Of a DNA stretch of 64,000 nucleotides, positions 49,008-60,320 are shown piece after piece (within the stretch, counting starts at the first letter, position 1; each line of letters starts with the position of its first letter). The stretch is taken from positions 124,001 to 188,000 of the forward strand of contig CP089275.1 of the NCBI GenBank assembly GCA_023920165.1. Direction: 5' to 3'. Both the position numbers and the translations under genes were made by a program. This DNA is from Curvularia clavata. Its lineage: Eukaryota. The notes under the pieces are model-generated. The model saw only the letters and a list, made by a program, of their open reading frames with translations. It was not told the DNA's origin and ran no database searches.

Positions 49008-52000
49008 TGATGAGGGAGTTTGGGAGGAATGGATGGATATTAGATATGTGGCTTGGTAGATGGTAGAAGCAAACATAGACATTGACATAGTCACAATAAA
49101 CTGATTGCATTTCTTGAATTAACCCTTTTTTTCATCTACCCAAACTCTTCAAACAAGAATGTTGCTATGGCCGTCGACTCAACGCATTTATATTTCTTGT
49201 CAATTGGCTTGCAGTACAGAATACTTGTTACATACTACAACTAAGATGAACAAGATTCATACTAACAACGAAACTCATCGCGCAGCATTTTGTCTACATT
49301 CTATAGCATTCTACTATGCTTTACCAAATTTCAGGGAAGCATATTTGAGAAAGCAAAAACCTGATGCGTGTTTCCTTACAATGTATAGTCATGGCTAGTA
49401 CATAAGTTGAATGGCAGAACCAAGAGGGCCGAATATTTCGTATTTACATATACTCCCCACGTATACCAACTATATTCCCTCCTTACCTATGCAAAATTCC
49501 CATATCCATCCTTACCAAGCCGGTTCAGCATCTACACTCCATCACCTCTTCGGACCGAGAGTATTGAGAAGTCACATCTCTCTCTCTCTCTCACCACTGG
49601 CCCCGCTCCTCTCCTTCTCATTTCCTGTTTTCTCCGTCTTGGTGTGGTTGAGTCATGATTTGCTGCTTCGACTAGAATGCTGGCGATGGGCATTGCGATC
49701 GAGATATCCTTGTGTAGATCTACGTTGCGTTTGCGTCAATCGGTCCTACGAGAGGGGCTATGGATATGTGGAGTAAGGGTGCGGGGTATGTATGTATGTC
49801 TATATATGCAGGGCAGAAGTGACAGCGTAGAGGAGGGGGGCGTGAGTGTGTGAAGGTAGGTGGTGAGGGGTGGTGAAGTCTTTGGATAAGATGGTGGAGG
49901 AATGGAGGAAAAGAGGTATGTATTGGGTATTTCATAATGGTAGAAGTTGTGTGATAAAATATCAAGAATATGACAATGGCAGAGAAATAAAAGCTGCTTG
50001 AAACCTGAGCTGCCATGTCAAAAAGAACATGTTGGACGTACCACAGGGATGAAAAAGGTGCATGACACCACAAAAGACAGACAGCAATGCCTTGCATACC
50101 CTACACAGGCCAAGCTGCTTTACCCTCGTCATACGGCATAAGCACAGAACTGGCCATGCGCCCAAAGCCCTTTCCCCCACATTGTCTTAGTTTCCGAAGA
50201 CCCCTTCAAGCACGCGCGCCCCAGAGGTGCAAGGGACGACGTCAGCGACGACGACGACGAGATGAGATGAGATGAGGCTCAAACCACATGTCATGCTGGC
50301 TGACGTCAAAGGCTCACTTACAAAAAGCATCTAGAAGATGCATGGAAGGACGCACCGACCACAATCGCACAGTCAAGGTAGGGTGTTGGCATCCGGCTGG
50401 CCGCAGCCTGGGTCCAAACGTTGCTTAGGTCAGGACTCGATTGGCTGCTGGGTACTGCTGACGCCGAGTAGGAGCACCGAGTCCATGTATGTACGTATGC
50501 ATGTGTAGGTTGCTGCCCGTGCGTCTGTGCTCTGGGGGATTTTGGGTTCGAATTCGGTATGGTCTCGGTCCCGAATTTTTGTTGCTGGACGCGGTTGAAC
50601 ATGGAAGCATGTGCGCACAGTAGTGTGTGTAATAGTACAGGACATAATCGTCGTCGCTTTTCGTCTGACGACGGTGGCTGCCGGTTGCCCCCAACAATCC
50701 TATGCTCGGGACCTGGACCGGGGAGTCATGGCCTGTGGTCTAGGTTGAAGCGAAAGTCGCACTGCAGGTAGCCATGCTGGACGCGTATACACAGAGCTCG
50801 GGCATAATCGGCTATCTTCGCTGCGAGAAGGCTTCTTTTACTCCGACGAGCGAAAGGACCGCTAAAAGCGGGATGGAGAACGCTTCAGGCGGGGTGCAAG
50901 GGCTTACTAAGAAGAGCGGACTGGGTAGATGGATCTTGGAAATGCTAGACGAAGGGGAGAGACATCGACGATCTAGTAGACTACAACCCACAATGGGTTA
51001 TTTGTTGCGATTTTGTGAAGCATGTTCTACAAAAACCTGTGTTGAGGATTGGAATACAGCGGGCAGTCAGGAGTGGCTTGCCCTTTTCCCGATCTGATGA
51101 CTCGCATATGGATGCCATGAAAGCTTGGCGTGCACATGGTGGCCTTAGGTGTATACTGTCGTACGATAAACTGGAACATTGGTTTCGGAAGCATGCAGCC
51201 TGTAGAGTTAAGTCACTATGTCTTGGTAGGGCTGGATTGGTGCGCTCTTAGATAATCCGGTGCTGGACCCTGAAATATGCATACGGCTGTCTTACGAGAT
51301 CGCGTACAATAGCCATGCAATAGTTGAATCTGATAGGATTTAGCGAATTAGCCGTGTGCTAGTGATGTTCACATGTCCAGGGTATGCGTTGAGTAGCCAG
51401 AAGACGGCAGCATGTTGAAGTGCCATCTCAAGCCTATCAGTGGGAGCCGCATACAACCGACTGAGCCTAAGCTTGGTGGGTAATGCCGTCTAGCAAAGTA
51501 CGTTTTTATCCAGCGCACTACCTCTTACGCACAAGAAGTAAATACTGCGTTGCTTGCTTTAAATTAGTACCCACTCAAGATTGTACACAAATACACGCTC
51601 CACCCAGGGCGCTACTACGAGTCGAGAGAAGGTGCAGAGATATTTATAAGGCGGGGGTGGTAGTCGTGTCACGGATGGAGAAGGGTAACCCGAGTCGTGG
51701 TCTTTAGGCGTTCCCTTGGGGGGGACTTGTCAAGTGTGAAAAGTGCCAACGAAGTGCAGTTGATAGTAGTGTGTGTCTATGTCGGTATAAAATAATGCAG
51801 AGAGCACTTGCATTAACAATTCACAAGCTAGGACTAGTGGAGTCGGTATATACCACAAGGCAAGCTATGTCTGGCAAATTTTGGGCGAGTGACTCGCTTG
51901 AGTTTGTTGATCCACAGGGTCTTTTAGGATTGCTGCTCCTGCTCCTGTTTAGCCGGTTGGAAAAGCTTGGTGGTTTACAGTTTTGTAGCCGAGTTGTGTC

Positions 52001-54094
52001 AGCAGCGGGGCTAGCCTTGTCGCGTCGACCTCTTGCAGTATCGAGCGGGCAGGATGGGATGGGAGCATCGTGTAGAGCAGTGGTTTGCGGGCAATACAGG
52101 CCACGAATCAGTGGGCCGCAAACGTGCAAATCAGATAAGAGAGGGCGTTGTGCTACAGTCACCGGTGGTCTTTACGGCATGCGGTTAGGCATCCTGGCAG
52201 ATGCGTATCCGGTCACGGCCGTGGGAAGCGGATGGGATTCCCAGAGGACATGGGTGGCTTGCGAGACGAAATGCTGGGGCACGACGAGTCCAGACGGCTC
52301 GATGGGCTGGCGTTGCGTCACTGGAGCTGGTGTGCTTTAGCGAGGGCAAAATTACGCTTTTCGGTGAGTAGTCTAGCGTAGTCGTCGCAGCAGAACGCCG
52401 CAGGTAGGGCTGTGGTTTGCCAGGCCTCGATGGGCATCCCTGCCATGTACGTACAAGTCGTATGACACGGCCTGAGCTACTCTGGAGGCGGACGCGGTGG
52501 ACGAGGAGAAGGTGGTGTTGCATGTGCAGAGCGTGTCAGAGAGAGAGTATGTATGTGTGTGCCCGGGTGCAACACCATGGCTCTGGCGTGTTATGGCGTC
52601 CGCGGGGAGTGGCGTGTAGAGTACAGGACGACGAGGTTGTGGTCGCTTACAGTGACAAGCCATGAAAGAGGTTGCTGATAAGTCATGGCAAGGGCGCTTA
52701 CGTGGACTGGCTGTCAACACGTGCACCCGCTGCCCGGCCAATCCCCCGCCTCTACCACCCAACCTCTGACCGATGAGCCATCCCAATCCATTGCAACTGC
52801 ATGCCCGCATGCATTTGGGCATCCAGAGCCGGCTTTCTTCTTCTCGACATGGACAGGAACATACGCATGCCGCTGCCGCCGCCGCCGTCGCCATTTTCTC
52901 CGCAGCTGGCACAGCAGATGCATGCCCCGACGACTGAAGAGACGGACTGGCTCACCTGCTCGCAGACAAGCACCGCTTGAGGCGGCTTGGGGGATGCTAT
53001 TTCTGCATCTCGCATTCGCCGCCGGCTCCGTGAGCTCCATAACCGAAGGGGAAGGGCGGTGACAGTACCGGGGCACTGCATCGGTGGCTATCTGTGGCTA
53101 GCGTGAACGACACTCTCCTATGACCGAACTTCGGCCCATGGATGACTGCTGCGAGCAAGAAGCGAGCAAAGCAGACAGACGGGCTGCAAGCTGAAGGTAA
53201 CCTCGCGGCCCCGTACGTCACTTGGGCATTGCGCTGCTGTCGCCTGGTAGCGTACCACCACCAGAGGCGCCGGTCCCGCCCACGGTCCAAAGCCATACAC
53301 AGTGTTGCCCTCTCTTACAAACACGCACTTTCAGCCTTACCATGCAGCACCAAGAGGCCTGGGTAGCCTGTGTCTGCGAGGAAAGGCGCTCAGGCACGTC
53401 TCGGGCACGGCCAGAGACGACGACAAATGACTGATGTGCGTGCTACTGCTGTTGCTGGACACTTTCATGTGCGGGTTAGCTCAGCAGGCCTGCCAATCTT
53501 TTTATCAAAGACCCAAACGGGAACAGCGCGCGCCTTCATGCATGCCCCCTGGTCCGCGGCAATCGGTGGTCCAACCTGGCGAGCCACTCCACGACGAGAA
53601 TAACAACACCTTGGGAAGCCCGCTGCACGCCTGGTCTGTGCCTCCGGACGCGTGGGCCGAAAGTACAGCAACAGTCCCACGCATGGCGAGCTTGCCTTAT
53701 GCGCGTCTTTTCGCTCAGCGCCACATGCCTAGGGTCCGCTGTGGCCGTTGGAAGCGGACATGATGGCCCATGGGCAAAGGCACATCCCTGTCCGAGCCTC
53801 CGGCCACCATCTCTCTAGCGACTGGATGTATTCCCGAAGTCTGTATGCCCGTCATGCCCTGCCTGTATAAGATCTCAGCTCGCCCGCCGTTGTGTAAGCC
53901 TTTTTCACAAACATAAGCAATCTGTCCGTAGAATACTTCGCCATCGCACTTGACTTTATCTGTACATACTCGCTCAGTAGCAGTACAATACCAGAGCGAC
54001 CTTCTAGCAACCCGCCACTAGCCATCAGCACAGCCTCCATCTTCACATCGCTGTCATTGCTTACGCTCAAACCCCACCAACAACAAGCAGTGCA

Positions 54095-54880
54095 ATGGAT
54101 TCCCATTCATTCGACTATTGGATGGCCCAGGGCAACTACGTTGCTCCAACTCATCAGACCACCGTATTTGACATGCCCCCGGAGCTGTCCAAAGTTCCCA
54201 GCCTCAGCGGGTCGCCAGTGAGTAGCTTCCAAACCACGTGAGAAATTTGGTCATTGAGGCTCATATCCAAAAAAGGTCTCTTCCACATATGACCAGTTTC
54301 CCGCCCAAATACAGCATGCCTATTATCCTCAAATCGTCGACGAGCCCATGCAGTTTGGATCCTATGCCATGCCAATGACTCCATCGGATTTTGGCTCCGA
54401 CCATGACAGCCCGTACTGCAGCCCCAGGCCACTGCAACACGTCGAACCGACCTTTAGAGCCGTGCCCACACCTGCCCCAGCTGAGCGAACACACACAACT
54501 TCCGGTGTAAGTCCAACCGAATCTGTGCACCCAGCATCCGATCTAACAGTCACCAGCGCCGACGAGCTCAAAACCGCGCGGCTCAGCGAGCTTTCCGCGA
54601 GCGAAAAGAAAAGCACGCACGAGACCTGGAAACCCAACTCTCCGCCCTCAATGAAAAGTACAGCAAGCTCGAAGTCTCGCACACCGAGTTGACCGCGGCG
54701 TACGAAAAGCTCCGCAAAACCATCGAGTTGCTCATCCAAGACGACGATGCCGACGGTGAAGACGAGGACGGCACTTCGATACGTCGACGCAGCACAAACT
54801 CGGATACTCTCCGAAAACTGCTCGAAATCCTGCATGGAGAGTTCAAGACTCCAACAACAGTCAAGACTGAGGTCCCTTGA
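54095..54880 (+). CDS. Small Yap/AP-1-type bZIP transcription factor (212 aa)
   Basis: Exons 54095-54217, 54315-54506, 54557-54880; basic region RRRAQNRAAQRAFRERKE followed by a heptad leucine zipper. Confidence 0.92.
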
Positions 54881-55585
54881 AACGGTCAAAACAGTCTCTT
54901 TTACTGTTGCGTCCTGCATCACTTCAATTCTTGTCTATACCCTTGCTTGTGCTTTCCATATCCCACGACCATTGTTATTTTCTAGCGACTTTGTTTTGGA
55001 GGTGTAGGGCTGGGATTGGGCGGTAACTACATAACTCTGGTGCTCACTCACGACAACGCACGGATGCCTAGGAATGGCATACTTTCTTTCTCGGAAGCCC
55101 ATGGTTGGGAACCTCAACTTTTCCATCTTAGACGTTTTTAACGCAGTTACGGCCGAAGACAATATTGTTGACAAGCACTTAATGCCGCAAAAACAATCAA
55201 TACATCACAATACCACTCATATGCTTCCAGTGTATCTCTTACCTGCTGCCTGCTTTACGTGGTCCTTGCGCTCAGATCTTAGGGTTTGAAAACCGCATAT
55301 GCCTGCCTTTTCCCCACTGCTGTCTAGTCTAAGGCAAGCCAAGGCTCGTATCCCGATATAGCAGGCCGAACCGTCAGCAGTAGCAGTAGGGGTCACCAGC
55401 CTCATCAGCACTTTGCTTCCATCGGTCCGCCAATCAGACGTTCAACCAGCTCTATCCCTCTGTTCGGGATTGCTGTACTCTGTTTTCTCACCCCAGAGCG
55501 AGGATTACTATACAGCTATTTCTTTCATATCATGGATTAATAAACAATCCTCTAGTCTGGAAATAACATACATTTCCTCGCGGTT

Positions 55586-57000
55586 CCTTGCTCTCTCGCT
55601 CTCTCGCTCTCCCGCTCTCTCATTTTTCCGCTGGCCCCGTGCAAGACGCCTCAGATCTATTTTATCTCACCCTCCTTTCAGCATAGCGTCCTCATTTCGG
55701 ACAACTCAGATCCGAAAGATCGGTGGCTTAAAGCCGTTTTTTTCTTCGGCGGATTCGCCTAACACCGGATGACAGTTGTCTTAGGGCCGCACGCACCACA
55801 CAAGCTGAACAGGACTAAAAAAACTTTGATAGGGTCTTTCTTCTCTCCCCCACAGACAACGCCGCGGAGTGGGGTGCGTTAGTAGAGGGTGGTCCAAATA
55901 CTGGCCTTGAGTTATTTTGGTACTAAGAGTGGGGTTTTTTTGACTACAGAGATAGGAGTTAGACTGGATTAAGTAGGTCTAGGCTGGTGGCTTGTTCCAT
56001 CCGGGTAATGGTCCTTGATTTCGGAGAGAAGAGGAAGAGGAAAAAAATAAAAAATATCCGTCACGGTGAAAGGCGGGAGAGATATGAAAACAAGGAAGAA
56101 GGAGTTACAAGGATTTCCCCAGAAGAGCTTTGGTTATAAACCTTGGCCGGCTGCTCGTTGTGCAACAAAGGATCAGGTACCCGTACCCCGTGCTCAAGCG
56201 TGGTAGGCATTCACTATGCAGCTGCTCTAGATGTGGATGCTTTTGTTCCTCCATGGCATGAACAGATACTTGTCAAAGCTCTCTCCGGAACGCTCCGCAA
56301 CGGCATAACGAACTTTTTCTTCTGAACGCAAATAGCTACACAAACGTGTCCGATGCCAAAAAGCTTGGGGGCCAAAACAACACACGGACTACTCCACAAC
56401 CCTCTTCGCTAAAATCGCTGCTAAAAAAGTAAACGCGTACCGTACCGCACCCGTGCTTGCACATGACAGGCCTTCTCCATCGCCAAAAAACAGCTGGAGA
56501 CGGAGAAAAAGCCCATTGGATGTTACCATGGCCATGTTGTTCCAGTATAACCAGCCCGTCAGCCAAAACACTTGGAAATGACCAATTCTCCGTTCCTTCA
56601 ACGGGACGATACCCCTCATGATTCAGCCCAAGATACTATTTTCGCACACGGACTATGTAAGTCATCCGACTAAATTTAACTCGGGGCGACAAGAAAATAT
56701 TCCACATTCTACATAAAGACAACCACCACCAAGGAAGACAAAACTAGTCCACCAAATCGGGCAAGTCCACAGACAAGCATGCATACACAGGTACATGCAT
56801 CGGCAAGCTCCGCAGCCCTCATGGTACGATTCAGACGTCAAGTTGCTCGACTCGATACGAAGAGAGAGGTAGAGTATGCAGCTGAGCAACACGTGATAAA
56901 TGGCGTGGTTGAACAACAAATCACCAAATCGCCAAGAGCCAAGGTAAGGGAGAGAGAGATAGAGAGGATACGAGAGTGATAGGCCCATGGTATGAGGACT
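55586..57000. ncRNA. Candidate structured non-coding region of unknown class
   Basis: No credible ORF; several complementary helices and many A/T homopolymer tracts (see findings). Confidence 0.25.
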
Positions 57001-58394
57001 AGATGTGGCGCAGAACCAAACTAACGACTATGGTACGCTAGGTACCGTACCTTAGTAAAGTGGCGAAATGCGGGAATTGACAGGTGGGAAGCAGAAAATA
57101 CGACTGCGACGGTGACGTGTAACGGTTCAGCCCGTAGCGTGTATAGACAGGTACGGCTGAGGAACTAGGTGTGCTTTTTTGCGGCTTCGTTGGTGGTTTC
57201 TGGTTGCTGGGTCCTGGCTGCGGGATGTGATAGGTGGGGAGGTGGTAAGTAGTACAGCGCGCTGATGTTGAGGCTGAAGAGTATTTGCGCAAGGGGCATG
57301 GTTGAGCTAGACGAGGTGTACGTATACCTGCGCTTCTGGGTAGGAGTATGTTACGTAGGTGGAGAGTGGGGGAGCTAGTGTAGGCGCGCCGGAGTAGCAG
57401 AGCCGCATGGTAGCTGTGGCTGTGTGGTCATGGTACTGGCAGGGCGGATTACTTGGTTTGTAGTAGTGATCGTCGCAGTTGTGGGGATCTTAGGAGTAAA
57501 CTCCGGGTATCCGAGTGCGGTTCGTGGGGATATGAGAGTGGACCAAGTGGGAGGGTGTTCATCTGATAAGAAATTGTGTTTGTGTATACTTCATTTCTTT
57601 CTTGATGTCTTACACCTTACTTATTTCCCGGCGTATTTGGTTCCTTTGGTTTAATAGAGTTCAAGTTCGAAGGAACATGGGCAAGTAGCTTATCAGTTGA
57701 CAGCTTAAGTCCTGCTGTACAGTATGTCACTGCTTTCCCTACTCTTCTTTTTTATTTTTTAACCCCTGGATCATCTACGGCTATCAGCACTATTTGATTG
57801 TCTGAAAAAAGAATGAAAAAAGAAAGTAGGTAGCCCTTCAACCAGCCGAAGATTAAAAGTTAAGAATAGGACTTTGCAGGCTGTCCATCACATATATAAC
57901 CTAACTGTGTAGTCAACTCACTTCTTTTTCACGCTTGCGTAGCTAGCGATAACATCTTGTCTTTCATGAGACCATTCCCCTTTCTTAAGTTTTCAAAGGG
58001 CATGGAATGGTTCAAGTATACATCTGGGCTATAAAACCTACTATGACATCCACCACTTGGTCTGCTCGATTTCTACCTGATGAAAGCGAAATACACAGAA
58101 CAAGAGATATGACATTCACGACAAATTATTCCATTAGTTTATCCAAATACTATTCATTAACATATTCCATAAATAATAAGAGCCAGTCATTACCCTATTC
58201 CACTCCATTCATCACCATTCTTACTTTCCCCCATTCCTTCTACCATATTACTTTCCGCCAATCCTTCTACCAAAGCCGCATTACTCATCCCTCTTACAGC
58301 ATTTCTACTCACTTGCGCCAGCAGTCCCCAACGCGAAGCCTATTTCTTTTGTCATATCTCATTCCATCATATCCACAGCACCCAAGCATCCATC

Positions 58395-58853
58395 TCAACA
58401 CTCAATCACCCCCGCCCACGCCCCCGTCCCCTGCCCCTCAGGCGCAAGCACAAAATCCTCTTGTCCCAACTCACGATCGAACATCAAGCACGCTGTAGCT
58501 AAGCCCCCGCCCTCAGTGCCATAATACCCTTTTGGTATCACCACATTCTCCGCCCAGTAGGCTGTTTTGCACTCGGTGTGGGTGCCGTAGCCGTAGCACT
58601 GCTGGAGGCATTGCTGCGCCATTTGTGTTTTGTTGGAGGAGAAGGACGGGTAGTAGGCGCTGTAGAGTGTCGCGGCGGTGGTGGCAGGCGCGGGGAGAAA
58701 GGAGGGCGTGGCTGCGACGGGTTGTGTGACGGTGCAGGTGGAGGGGATGGGGACGATGGCTGGGCCGCCGGCGCGAGGGAGGTTGGATGTCGGGAGGGCG
58801 AGGGCAGAGGCGAGAGAGCAGAGGAAAGCTGCTGGTAGGAGGTTGGCGCGCAT
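58395..58853 (-). CDS. Small secreted cysteine-containing protein (effector-like)
   Basis: Signal peptide MRANLLPAAFLCSLASALA; 152 aa; six Cys in the mature part including CLQQCYGY..ECKTAY..ACLMF. Confidence 0.85.
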   Translation of the reverse strand: MRANLLPAAFLCSLASALALPTSNLPRAGGPAIVPIPSTCTVTQPVAATPSFLPAPATTAATLYSAYYPSFSSNKTQMAQQCLQQCYGYGTHTECKTAYWAENVVIPKGYYGTEGGGLATACLMFDRELGQEDFVLAPEGQGTGAWAGVIEC

Positions 58854-59768
58854 GGTTGGTGGTGGTGGTGATGGCGGCTGAGAAAGGTGTGATACTGTAG
58901 GTTGGACGTATATGTAACAGGATTATTCTGGCCTCAAAAAAAGTTCGTAGCAGAGCAGAGGCATCCAAAGAATATATCTGCGCTCCAAGGCACGCATATA
59001 TGTCTTTCGCCTCGCGGGCGTGCAGGCCTGTGGCTGTGATGTCAATATATCTAAATCAGGCGCCTGCCTCGTACTTTTACAGGGTTCAGCCGCACACATG
59101 CTGTGCATCTATTGCCTGCATTTAACCCCAGCCAAAGATCGGCGCGCACAACGCTCGGAGAATGGCACTACGCCTCGTATTGCGAGTTTACGTGGCTCGA
59201 AAGAAGGGTGATGCAACGGCGAGGGTTGTGATTGATCGACGGTCCCGAATGATGTCAAGCGTGCGAGCCTTGCGGATGATTCGCCTGGGTATCCTGGACG
59301 GGGAATAAACTTGGTGGGATATTTAGGGTAGATGTGTCTCAGTTTCGAAATTTAGGTGCTCATGGTGTATCCAAAGACGGAGTCCTGTGAAGGGTTACGA
59401 TAATTTTTGGGAGATTGACGTGGTATTGGTAGACTTAAAAGGACGACGCCACATTCTCCAACCTACGACAATCAGGTGTTGCTCTGTTGAAAATAAATGT
59501 ACAATGGTTCTAAAATCCAGACATGTCGATATATTCGCGATGAGAGAGAGAACGGAAAAAAGCAAGTTTCGACTAGTTGCTAGTAGGCAACATGTTAGTG
59601 AGGCCAGTGTAATGTGGTGACGACATGATTTCTAGACGTGCAAAATTACCAGTTACACAGTACCATCAAAAACTCCAGCCTATACTCTTCATAACCATTT
59701 TAATCTGATAACAGAAATACTCGAGCCTATTCCTCTTGAAACTTCCCAAACAATCCTTATTCTACAGC

Positions 59769-60320
59769 ATGGCAGCCCCACCCAGCAAAACCCTTCACTC
59801 GCTCTCAGGCCAATGGAAACTCAACAAGTCGTGCTCAGACGACTTCTCCCAAGTCCTAGCTCTCCAAGGCGTAAACGCCCTTGTGCGCAAGGCAGCCACC
59901 GCGGCTTCTATTCACGTGAAAATAAGCCAGCCAGACGACCAGCACATCGGCATGGCGCAATCCATTACAAGTGGGAAGATTCCAGGCACGACTGAAGAGT
60001 ACACGCTGGACTATGAGTGGCGAAGCAACAAGGATGGTTTCTTTGGCGAGGTGCTCGGACGAAGTCGATGGGTTACGGTTGACGAGGCGAGGAAGCTGGG
60101 GGTTGTGGGGGAGGGGGAAGGAGAGTGGTTGGAGGGGGGCGAGGGAGATGGAAAGCTGATTCATGCAGAAGGGAAAAAGGAGGACGAGTGGGAGGCGAGC
60201 CATTTGTGGGGATTTGAGGTTGTGGATGGAGAGAGGAGACATACGAGGAGAGTGAGGGTGAGGAATAGCAAGGGGGAGGAATTGAGAGTGCGTATGGTGT
60301 ATGATTTTGTGGAGGAGTAG
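59769..60320 (+). CDS. Fungal lipocalin/calycin-like protein
   Basis: LSGQWKLNKS.SD...VLALQGV...RKA, IPGTTEE..LD..W, HLWGFE.VDGERRHTRRV, RMVYDF. Confidence 0.8.
   Translation: MAAPPSKTLHSLSGQWKLNKSCSDDFSQVLALQGVNALVRKAATAASIHVKISQPDDQHIGMAQSITSGKIPGTTEEYTLDYEWRSNKDGFFGEVLGRSRWVTVDEARKLGVVGEGEGEWLEGGEGDGKLIHAEGKKEDEWEASHLWGFEVVDGERRHTRRVRVRNSKGEELRVRMVYDFVEE

Noticed and set aside
50544..50556. B-box-like GGTTCGAATTC suggesting a tRNA or SINE
   Set aside because: No A-box or cloverleaf can be built.
50301..50910. CRE (TGACGTCA) and Yap element (TTACTAA) upstream of the bZIP gene
   Set aside because: Single short motifs occur at chance frequency in 64 kb.
54348..54880. Apparent programmed frameshift between two overlapping ORFs
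   Set aside because: Explained by the canonical intron 54507-54556.
55278..55289. TTAGGGTT as a possible telomerase RNA template on the minus strand (also near 45454)
   Set aside because: Only 8 nt match, and its position would force the transcript across a protein-coding gene.
55360..55412. Minus-strand CTGATGAG as a hammerhead ribozyme core
   Set aside because: No GAAA after the putative stem II.
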